From assembly GCA_965153355.1 (NCBI GenBank), contig OZ231126.1, positions 4,712,001-4,776,000 of the forward strand: 64,000 bases of DNA, written 5' to 3'. Position numbers and translations under genes: made by a program. How positions within the stretch are numbered: position 1 is the first letter of the stretch; each line of letters begins with the position of its first letter. Shown here one piece after another: positions 26,101-35,280 of this stretch. The DNA comes from Flaccisagitta enflata. Lineage: Eukaryota. Under the pieces are notes generated by a model that made no database searches, had not been told where the DNA came from, and saw only the letters and a list, made by a program, of their open reading frames with translations.

Positions 26101-27118
26101 CATCATGACATACTCTGGTTTTGCCTCTCAACTCCACTATGTGGAGAGGGAGGTACCAGCGCGGCTTCAGGATATCCTCGTCGTCATCAATGCTGTCAAT
26201 CTCAACCGCCACGCCCGTTTCATAGAATTTCTCAACTTCTTTGAAGACACGCTCTTTGAAGGCCGGATCGCGATTGAAGCGGAAGCGTTGGTTGACGAGC
26301 CGCTTCATGGCTGTAGGCCGAGACTTCACTTTGCGTAATATCTCCATGATCTTTTCAATTTCGAATTTCCATGTCACAGGCGCAAAATACTTTTTTGTCA
26401 CATCACAGAAATAGATCTTTTTCTCCAATGTTTCACAGGCGCGTTTGTTTTCAATCGAATCGCCCATTTCTTCAGAGGAAACGACAGATCCATAGTCATG
26501 GTAGAAAATTCGGTCGAAACTTTGATGTAAGTCGCTGTTATCCACCGAAATAGCGTTAATTGATGCAACGTCTAAACCTTTTTTTCCAGTTTTTCCACTA
26601 ATCGTCCAACTGAAACTGCATCTGAAGCATGTTAAAGACCCTGGAGGACCTCGACGAAGCTCTTGAGCGATGGCTGCGTCTGAATGAGCGGCGCCAACGA
26701 TCATCTTGACGCCTCCTGTCACCTCCGGGAATCTTATGCCTCTGACGTGGGGTTGGTCGGAAAGATCTCGTAGAAATGGTGGAATATCTTTTTCACTCGT
26801 AAGTAAATTCCCCACCAGCGCATCGTTGACATCAATGATGTATTCGGAGTTGGTGGAGCGAAGAGTGAATGACGCTAAAAGACGGTTTTCAGTCACACAA
26901 TTGTCCACTGTTACTACTTTCATTTGGACCATATTTGTAGAAATGCGCAGATGTTTGATGACATCGTGGCTGATGACGTCGCGATCAGCGCCACTATCTA
27001 TCATCGCAAAGATTGTCATTTCTTCACCAGACGCACAATTTACAATCACTACAGGGACGATGGGACGGACGACGTCGTCGAAGGATGAAACGGATCGCGA
27101 CGCAGCCGTCGCCGCCAG
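23102..27118 (-). CDS. pol: BEL/Pao Pol (aspartic protease, RT, RNase H, integrase), uninterrupted and in frame with gag after one TGA
   Basis: Protease FAMIDSGAD; RT YLPLH..RVCHDA..LNDLLVGGPNL..DIKAFFHQI..FYVDD; RNase H IFCDAA..VPRVEI..WSDS..NPADHCSRG; integrase HHCC (H..HAG..CFRC), GLDVMG, SDRGTN, GGVWERVV; C-terminal FWKKWRSEYL. The frame is open from 27118. Confidence 0.97.
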   Translation of the reverse strand: MAATAASRSVSSFDDVVRPIVPVVIVNCASGEEMTIFAMIDSGADRDVISHDVIKHLRISTNMVQMKVVTVDNCVTENRLLASFTLRSTNSEYIIDVNDALVGNLLTSEKDIPPFLRDLSDQPHVRGIRFPEVTGGVKMIVGAAHSDAAIAQELRRGPPGSLTCFRCSFSWTISGKTGKKGLDVASINAISVDNSDLHQSFDRIFYHDYGSVVSSEEMGDSIENKRACETLEKKIYFCDVTKKYFAPVTWKFEIEKIMEILRKVKSRPTAMKRLVNQRFRFNRDPAFKERVFKEVEKFYETGVAVEIDSIDDDEDILKPRWYLPLHIVELRGKTRVCHDARAATDGVCLNDLLVGGPNLMNSLMDILMRFRQWKIAFMCDIKAFFHQIRVHPDDADLFRFFWFKDRSLRLAILNLFLSHVFGSLSSSFVTGFTVRHHANVIRPYYPPNVYDFIRHGFYVDDGSGGGDTVDEALDLKVGVKSAMGDGGFHLVKWKSNHHQLMEGNPNVAIPIADKQDHDDKPTKVLGVSWLPSEDAFVFICDDEFKTMRAKTPRQLVSMQAKLYDPLGFWSPSQYIGRRHLQLCRPQQTGWDSSLDEALEESFFRYTSSWPLLSQYRVKRWWNGDVDNVDVISVTIEIFCDAAPKGGFGAVAYRRQVNSDGSVYVTILGSKSHVVPLNPKRASHHNSVPRVEIVSAEKAIPLKRFVNKTLNLQEKNIRLWSDSEAALKMIYNPSRPRPVFFANRLSKIHAGSTPEQWRWVDSANNPADHCSRGIESHEAEKWRQFHNGPDFLRLPEDQWPQTNIATYPVSVHVAALYAAVEDKSEEFDAVLRAAASRGKWTHKLRVIAMLFIAVRRWRLFPKAKTRATKDLLPKPEVTQVHLEEAQKQLVKAVQRQNYGEVIAQLEAGKVNAPNSRHEFIVKNKQMRMLNPFVDDDDILRVGSRLVNADISDDIKFPFILPPKDDNVKSLIRHVHHNDFHAGAKHTLCQLRQFAWITRGLQAVKSVVHSCFRCQRNFKRHADQQMAPLPSNRVNPAPVFAETGLDVMGHFNVKMNGRADHKVWVAVFTCFVSRAVHVELLYNMSADSMINAIIRFAARRPGIRRFTSDRGTNLIGANNILKKEMEEWNRSSTLELQRRGLQWDFITAQTPHYGGVWERVVAMFKRHLASISSGATLHVDTFHTAVIAVEGILNRRPLTALSDDPSDPSALTPNHILSPSTSGSAPVDLLQHGVNFDAESTRVQWKRAQSQVDAFWKKWRSEYLNLLHARSKWTKSERNLAVDDLVVIVDEAVPRHDWSLGRVVDVEGTSPHVRRAHVRRADGRIVTRDRTKIVRLEMDS

Positions 27119-29831
27119 TCATGCCTCGACGGGAGGAGTGATGACATTGTCGTTTGAAGTGGTCGTTGTTGAAGGTGTTGAAGCAGGAGTGGTTGAAGTG
27201 GAGGAAGGTTTGTCGAAATTGGCAAATGGAATGCCATTGTTCATCTTTTCTCCTCCTTTTTTCACCTCCTTACCATCCCCTTTCTTCACCCATGTGCGTC
27301 CATGGAGAATGGTGGCGTGCTGTTTCTTGCAGGTTTGGCAGGTTGGTCTGTTGGTGCAACCCTTTGCCGAGTGACCACTGGTGAAACAGTGGAAGCAGAG
27401 TCGGCATGATGCCAACTTTTGCACGCGTGCGTCGACGTCGAGTGAAAGGAGCTGATTGCACTCTTCCGTCGGATGCATGCCGCTGCAGACGTTGCACTTG
27501 TCGGTCGACTGCAGCTTTTGCTTCCCGTTGGTCAAAACGTCGTTGTAGGTTGGTGGATTTTCACCCATTGCCACCGCTGCCACTGCTGCGGGCTTGCTTT
27601 CCACCCCTTTATTGCGTTGGATGACAGCCCATGTTTCAATCATGTTAACCAAATTGTCAAATGAAAATGGGATGCCTTGCAATTCAAATTCGTGTTGTTT
27701 TTCCCAAAACTTGTCCGCCAAATGTGGCACTCGTTTGTTAATGATTTCCTGCAATATTTCCTTCCTGTAGCACTGTGGCAATTCTCCACACGTCTGCGCA
27801 ATCTTCTTCGTCTTCAGCAATCGTGATGCGAGATGAAAATGTCTCTTATGGTCAGCGGACGAGATTTTCGATTCAGCGGCAATCTCATGGAATAGCGCTG
27901 GGATGTTGGCTCGTGAAGCCATGAAGATGACGTCCATCTTCTTGAAGGCAGCCTTCACCTCTTCCTCTGCGACCGCTTCCGTGGTGCCAATCGCCGCAGT
28001 TTCAACTATCTCTTTCGCTGGACCCGAAAACCATTTTGGTAATTCTTGAAGAATGTCCATCTCGGTCAAACCCTCATGTTTTGCAGCATCTTTAAATTTA
28101 CGCTTCCACATCATATAATCCGTCGACGAGAGCTCTTGAAGCGGCTTCTCAGGCCTAGCTTTCTCCATCGCCTTCAAGCCGACCTCTCTTGCCCGCATTC
28201 GATTGTCGTCAGAAGCTCTCTTCAAAAACATCTCCAATGCTTCACTCTGATGGAATTGTTGCACCACTTCCGGTTGACGGGCAGCTGGATGATCGTGATG
28301 CTCTTGGTATGTGGGAGGAGGAATGATGGAGACGTATTGACCTCCCACCTTCACTGGAGAATGTCTTTTTGTGGTTTTTGTGTACCACACCTCGTCATCT
28401 TGCTGTTGTTGCTGTTGCTGATGTTGCTGCTGTTGATGTTGATGACTTCTTGGTGCATCGAAGTCTTGACGGATATATTGATGTTTCTGCAATTCTGCTA
28501 TTTGAGCTTTCGCTGCCTGCAGATCAAATTGATTCTGTTGAAGAAGTTGTTGTTGTGCCGCATTCGCTTGTTTTAGGTTTGCAGCATCCTTCTTAAGACG
28601 ATCCATTTGACGGTCTACTTCGGGAAGACGATGAGCTGGAGCTGCAGCTGGAGTCTGGGACTTTCTTTTCTCCTCCTCTTGCATTCGTCGCGCAAACTCC
28701 TCGTCCGCTGCTTCCTGCTCCCTCTTCCTTCTCCTCACGCCTTCTGCATCGTCTATCAACAGTTGATCGAGCTTCAACATATCCGCCGCCGTCAATGAAG
28801 GGTTTGGCGCCGTCGTTGTGAATTCTCTTTCGAAGATCACTTCCGGCGCCGATGGAGGAATGACGGCAGACGGCGGTTGTTGATGATGAGGAACGGATTG
28901 AGGCTGAGGTGGAGATTGAGTCTTTCCTCTTTCTCTCTTTCCTTCCCCAGTCTTCACACTCGATATACGCTGCTTCACATGAGTTTGCGTTGGTTGTTGA
29001 TGTTGAGGTTTGGACGCTATCTGAGGATGATGACGCGTGACAGGGATATGCTGTGGCTGCTTCTTCGGCGCCAGGGGCGGATGCACCGGCGCCACATTCT
29101 GCAACTTCACTGCATCACCTGCCTGTATTTCACCCTTAAATTGCTCGGAAGAAACCCATTTGAAGTGAGTTGTTCTTGCCGCCTCTTCCTCTTTCAACTG
29201 GTTGAGTCGCAGACACATCTGTTGATATTGCTGCTCTTCTTCCGGTGACTTGTTGCTTTGCTGACATCTAATAGGCACTGCGCTAATCATTTCTGACGTA
29301 TCCGTTGCAGTGACCATCGTTGTTGCTGAAGCATCTTTATCACCTCCTTCCAACATGCGGATTCTTTGCTCCGCTAATTGCTGTTGATGAAGTTGTTCAG
29401 CTTCCAATGAAACTTTGCTACCGACAGAGAGAGGATTAAAAGCAGGAGGATTGACGACTGGAGCTACACTGAAGGCAACATTCTGTTGCTGCAACTGGTG
29501 TTGGGGAACTTGCTGCTGCCGCTGAAGACTTGCTTGCTGTTGCAGCTGCCGCTGCTTCTCCTCCTCCTGTTGCTGCAACTGGGCTTCCTGCTGTTTTCTT
29601 TGTTGCTCGGCGGCTTGTTGTTGCCGCCTTTGCTCTTGTTCTTGGACCTTTTTCTGCAACATTTCTTGTTCTTTTTGCACTTGTTGCATTTCTACTCTGA
29701 CTTGTTGCAACTGTTGTTGCTGCTGTTCTTGTTGCTGCTGTTGTTGCTGCACTTTTGCTTGCTGCTGTTGCTGCTGTCGTGCTTGGTCCTGTCGTTGCTG
29801 TTGTTGCAACTGTTGAAGGCATTGCTGCTCT

Positions 29832-29872
<41 letters not shown>

Positions 29873-31080
29873 TTGCTGCCGAATCCTTTCTTGTTCGAGC
29901 TGTTGCTGACGCAGTTGCTCTGCTGCAGTTGCTGTTGGCGCAACTGTTCTTGCTGTTGTTGTTGCTCTCGCAGCTGTTGTTGTTTTTGCTGCTCTGCAGC
30001 CGCCTGTTGCTGTCTCAATTGTTCTTGCTGAAGCCTTTGTTGCTCCTCAGCATCTTTCCTTTGCTGTTCTTGCTGCAATCGTCGCTGCTCTGCCTCTTGC
30101 TGTTGCTGGAGTTGTTGCTGCCGCTGCCGCTGCTGCTGCTCCTGCTGTTCGCGTTGCTGCTGTTGCTGCTGCTGCTGCTCCAACCTCCGCTGTTGCTCTC
30201 GCAGATCAGCCTGAAGAGCTTCATCTCTTTCTTTTTGCTGTTGCAGCATCCTTCCTGCCCTCTCTCTCTCTCTGCTTCTATCGGCGTCGCGACGTCTTGA
30301 TCTTTCCCTCGGCGTCAATCCGTCGGCAGGTTTTGACTTTGCCAACGTTGCCGCTTCGTCGAGATCGTCCAAATCCGCATCTCGATGAGATTGCCCGCCT
30401 GGATTGACGGGTTCGATTTCAGAAATGTATCTCTCGACGTATTCGTTCGCGTTTCTTGGAGGGAGAAGATGACCGTCTGGAGATTGGGCGCCATGGCGCG
30501 TCGGCGGTAATCCCATGTATTCTGACGATCCCGGAAGTGGCGAGGACGTTCTCATCCGCGATGGAGGAGCGCCCGCGCCGTCGCGAGCCGATTCAGTCGG
30601 TATACTATTCCACGAAAACTGATGTACGTGCCTCTTCCGTTGGCCGAAGTCGCCTTCACGCGCGTTGATGACGTCAGCATGCGCCGGAAATCCCTCGCTG
30701 TACGTTTCTCGGTCAAAGAACCTCATGGCGTCCCATTCACGTCTAATTCGACGCAAACTCGACGCCGCGTAACGCAAGGGGTCGCCGGGCATCTCGTCGA
30801 TCGCCATTTGACGAGCGAAAGCGATATAATCGTAGACGTAGTCGCGTAGACCGTTCCTGGCGCTGTCCGAGTCCAGCGACGCGTCTTCGTAATCGTTTGA
30901 GCCTTCCGTCGTCGCCAAAGCGGCGTCGAAAAGTTGACGACACCGATCCATTTCCTGTGACAATTCGCCCTTCATAACGCGGAGTTTTTCAGTTTTGGGA
31001 CATTGGTTTAACCCAAAAAAGGACACCCGAGAAGACGTAGACGCAGTCGAACGGTTATCGTCGTCGTTGAAAGCCGCCAT
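27119..31080 (-). CDS. gag: BEL/Pao Gag, ~1320 aa, long poly-Gln/coiled-coil N-terminal half; one 1-nt frameshift near 29920
   Basis: ORFs 29692..31080 and 27119..29809 join if one G is restored in CAG-(G)AG-CAA; start context AAAATG; C-terminal triple zinc knuckle CNVCSGMHPTEEC / CFHCFTSGHSAKGC / CQTCKKQHATILH typical of BEL Gag. Confidence 0.88.
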
Positions 31081-31141
31081 TTTGACCCGATATGCCCCGG
31101 GATGTCAGAAGAAAAGTTCGAGAGGAGTCGAGTTTTAAAAT

Positions 31142-32057
31142 TGTTGAAATATATTCTCCCACGTGAATACTAGTTTCGATTCTGGGTTAGCTTTGTTTGT
31201 AGAAATCTCTGACTGACTGACGATGGTAGACGCAAAGGAATTTGGGCGTAGATTGGAAAATGGCGTGACGATGGTCTCTTTGATGTGGTAAAAATTTCAA
31301 CAATCTGAGATGGGGGAGAAAATAAAAGGGAAAATTGGGCATGAAAATATGGTCAACCAATGCATGAAAGTAACATGAGATCAGGATAGACATGGACAGA
31401 AACAGCCAATAACAACATGTACATCTTATGCAGAGGCCATGAAGCCAGATCCGTACACTGCCCCCCCCCAGCCCAGCCCATTAAATTCACCCATATCACC
31501 CAATAATCAGTTGACCGGACAGACGATAAAAACAGAACATAAAACGCCAAAAACAGACAATAAAACAATAAAAACCATACGACAAAAACAATGATAAAAT
31601 ACTAAAACGCTAAAATAATAAAACTTACTTTAGGCCCAATTTCCTTGGTTTCCAGCCAGCGTCGTGATCGTCAAATAAGTCAGGCGTCCGTACATAAGTC
31701 TCTGAAATAAAAGGATGAGAGACTTATGAAAGATGAGAAATTCCAAGGGCGCAAGACATGAAAATCACACAAAATATCAATCATTCCATTAAGAAGCGAT
31801 GCCATAATAACGATATTTTTTCGAGATAAAAATGCGAAGCATAAAAAGCACGACGACGAAAAATGTAAAAGAAGAAAATACATGATAACATGTATCTCTC
31901 AGCGAATAAAAGAACATCAAAATCTATGCGCAACCATATGGTTCATGGTTAAATTAAATGGAAACAAAAGGCATCGAATTGGAAAAAGAGAGAGAAAAAA
32001 GCATTCACGCCAAGAACATCATCATTCCCATACTTATAAATAGCACACATTTCCACA
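31142..32057 (-). repeat. BEL element 5' LTR (916 bp, TG...CA, imperfect terminal inverted repeat TGTGGAAAT/ATTTCAACA)
   Basis: Matches 18672-19578 with about 8 substitutions and 1 indel counted by eye (~99%). The inner boundary is 31142 if canonical termini are used, or ~31150 if only sequence shared with the other LTR is counted. Confidence 0.93.
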
Positions 32058-32463
32058 GTATATATATAGCAGAACAAAGTTCCATTTTAAATTCCATTCT
32101 CACGAATCAGAATATCTCATCATGCATATAGATTCAATATTCATTTAATCTGATCTTTGAATTTGATAAACAAACTTGCCATATATAAGGAAGGGAATTT
32201 GAACAATCAGCAGGATCGTCTTAAAAAATCTATGCTTTTCTTAATATAACATCGTGGATGAATTGAAATGGTCTGATATAGTCCGTTGTAAGTGTGTACG
32301 TGGCATGACGCCATAGTTAGTTTGTAGGCAGATTTACTATGTCTAGGAGTTACAAGGTAAGTAGGCTTTTTAAGGACCGTCTTTATAACAAGACCCTACT
32401 GTACAGACTCCTTTGTAGAAGTCTAACATCCTACTAACTGACAGACCGGCATGTTACATTACT
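32058..32463 (+). repeat. Main part of the outer element's 3' LTR (its first 12 nt lie at 18660-18671, separated by the BEL insertion)
   Basis: Direct repeat of 13582-13987; ends CATTACT followed by TSD ACAT. Confidence 0.92.
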
Positions 32464-33358
32464 ACATTCTAAAATGTGTGACCTGACATGTGATTACCCA
32501 TTTGGGTTATGATACTAGGTTTTTTGCGACTATAGACTTTCCTAAATTACTGCAAAATAGTGATTTTTGCCAACTTTAGGCAATGACAGCCATTTTTATG
32601 TATAACCAGAGATGCGAGGACGCATCTAAAAAGGCCGGATACACGGCTACCTCAGTATCATGAAGGTGGGCTGGGGCAGTGAAACAGAAGCAGAGGTCTC
32701 TGATTTAATTCCTTTGGAGCTAAGATTCTTGAATCTTTTTTTTTCTTGGTGTGTCTTTCTGAGAAAAAAAATTCTTAGAATAATGCCGTTTTGAGTTGGT
32801 TGAAATCTATTTGACCTTCAGTGTCTAGGATGATAATTGAGCGTGCCAGAGTTTGAACACCAGCTTGCTGGAAGGAGCTGCTGAAAGATCTTACTAGCTA
32901 ATAAGTGCACGAAACTGGCCAATCATTTGCCAATGTGGCTGAAAATTAGCCAAACATGGAGAATGTTGAAAGCTAAAGACATCACCCAAAATATAAGGTG
33001 CAGTTTTGCTTTACTGGTTTGAATTGAGGAAAAGAGGAAAAGCCGCAAAAGTATTAGATGGACAGCAGTACACAATGCCCTTAGTGAGAGCAGGAAGGAC
33101 ATGGTTAGAGGGGCCTCAGCCCCAAAGGAACCGATTACCTATGGTTGGGATCAGCGGCGTATCTGAGCCAAGATTTTAGCAGCTGCCGCCTTCAATCTAT
33201 GTCCGACAAAGCTCCTGTCCGACCTATAGTAGTAAAAATTATTATTATATAAAACTATATATTTCTATACAAAACTATACATAAATATCTACTACTATAT
33301 AAAAATAACTAAATATGACCATAAATAACTTGTTACAGCAGTGTGTATTGTGTAACTA

Positions 33359-33784
33359 CACTTTTTTTTTATAAGAGACAGCTTTTTTTAACTTAGCCTG
33401 GGTGTTCTAAAATTTTTGTCTGTTTTCAGCCTGAAATTCTCTTAAAGTGTTCTTAATTTGTTCAATGTTCATAAATGTCTGAATTGTATAAAAATACCTT
33501 ATTTATAGCAGTTGTATCTTAAACTTGATAATTGTTATGTTTTTTTTAATATAATGCCTGATTTCATAAGCAAACTAAGAAAAAAAGTTATTTTTAAAGA
33601 TAAACAACCTATATTTCTGAAAAATTTGAATTGAATTTATTTTTTAGATAAGAAACTTGAATAAAATTGTTTAAATGGCCAAAGCTGAATCTCAGCCTGG
33701 GCATTCTCTTATTTTGTTCTTAAAATTTTGGCAAATCTCAGGCTCATGTCTCTTATAAACTGGTCTCTTATAAAAAAAAGAGTG
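33359..33784. mobile_element. TA-flanked MITE (Tc1/mariner-like)
   Basis: TA|CACTTTTTTTTTATAAGAGAC ... GTCTCTTATAAAAAAAAGAGTG|TA. Confidence 0.7.
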
Positions 33785-34090
33785 TACGTAGTACAACATT
33801 TGTCTAAATAAGTTCATAGAATTCTCATCACACTTGGAGCAATGACTGCATTTTACTTTTAAAGCGTTATTTGGGGGTAAGCTGAAATCATTTTCCATTG
33901 GACATTTTAGCAGAAATATTTTCAGCAGGAATCCAAATAAAAAAAAATAACAATGGTAAAATGATGCAGAGGGATTCCATCAGAGCGAAAAGCGCAGACC
34001 ATGGCAAAGCATGAATAATCACACGACTTATGGAGCCCGTTGTTATATACTACCAAACAACACAAGTTTCGATTTCTAAATACCGCTCTG

Positions 34091-34163
<73 letters not shown>

Positions 34164-34514
34164 TCTTCTTCTTCTTCTTCTTCTTCTTCTTCTTCTTCTT
34201 CTTCTTCTTCTTCTTCTTCTTCTTCTTCTTCTTCTTCTTTCCTTTGTCTGTCTGTCCGACATCGATCCTGTCCGACATAGAACAGCTACCGCGGCAGCTG
34301 CGGAGGCCCCTTCAAATACGCCGCTGGTTGGGATGATGGGGGGGACCATGGGAAATATCTTGGCCTTTCATTCATTCATTCATTCATTCATTCATTCATT
34401 CATTCATTTATTCATTCATTCATTCATTCATTCATTCATTCATTCATTCATTCATTCGTTTGTTTTTTATTCTTTTTTCTTCTTTTATATTTTAAGTATT
34501 ACTCATATCCTTAC

Positions 34515-35280
34515 CTTTCAAAGCGCGCATGAGGTTCTCTACTTGGTCACGTGTCCATATCTCCAAATCTTTCAAGTATTGATTCTGTTTTTCTCCTTCC
34601 TCCCTCGTTTGGAAGCCAGATTTGAAATCTAGTTTCTCAATCCATTCATCGGAAAAGTTTTTCGCTCTCTTGAGGGTCTTGCAGCCGCAAAAAGAGCGCA
34701 GCTGTCCGTAACTTTGACAAATGCAGCTCATGACTTCCTCCTCTTCCACGAGCCATTCCAGGAATCGTCGAGAGTGAATCTCGTTTCCATGAAACCGCTG
34801 AGCTATATCGATGGCCAAAAGTTCGTTTTCTAATTCGGTGATATTCGCATCCCATTCGTCGACTTCTTCCGCTGGTGTTTCCGTTGGTGAAGACGGTGAT
34901 GAAGAAGTGCAGAAAGTGGATATTTCGCGTTGCATTCCCGCGCGCAGGATACGTGCCTTGTCAAGATAATTGCTGACGACGAAGAGGTGGCCGTACAACT
35001 TCTCAGCCTTGGGGTCTCGTTTGAATATTTCTCCTCTTTCGTTTCTTTCTCTGGCTTGCATCAATTGACAGAAGAAGTCAAACTCGTCATTTTCTCTTTC
35101 GTCGTCGCCTTTAATTTTCCGCCATTTCTCTTGGACTTTTTCCAAAGAGGACTCGTCAATTTTACGGCTGGGGTCACATTTGAAGGACGATTTTTGGCCT
35201 TTTGATTGCCCCGAGTTTTTAGCGCAGTGAGCCAACACCATCATCAAACCACCTCTTAAGGCGCTATTTTCGATATCCAT
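34515..35280 (-). CDS. Exon 1 of a predicted MYND zinc-finger protein gene
   Basis: Non-repetitive 255-codon ORF, AAAATG start, donor AAAG|GTAAG in phase 1 matching the phase-1 acceptor at 12931. The linkage across 21.6 kb is inferred and extra exons cannot be excluded. Confidence 0.7.

Larger units (their letters stand above)
18672..32057 (-). mobile_element. Full-length BEL/Pao (Belpaoviridae) LTR retrotransposon, ~13.4 kb, gag-pol plus extra ORF3
   Basis: Two ~0.91-kb direct repeats; 5-bp TSD GTATA (18667-18671 / 32058-32062), confirmed by the empty-site copy at 13575-13600; PPT next to the left LTR; Gag with three Cys-His boxes; Pol order PR-RT(YVDD)-RNaseH-IN with Pao-type motifs. Confidence 0.97.

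Noticed and set aside
25154-30300. Long plus-strand ORFs overlapping gag/pol (e.g. Leu-rich 29486..30031, 29755..30300)
   Set aside because: Antisense shadows of CAG/CAA-rich coding sequence.
31116-31130. GACTCCTCTCGAACT as a degenerate tRNA-Tyr PBS
   Set aside because: Lacks the TGG pairing with tRNA CCA, is offset from the LTR and needs several mismatches.
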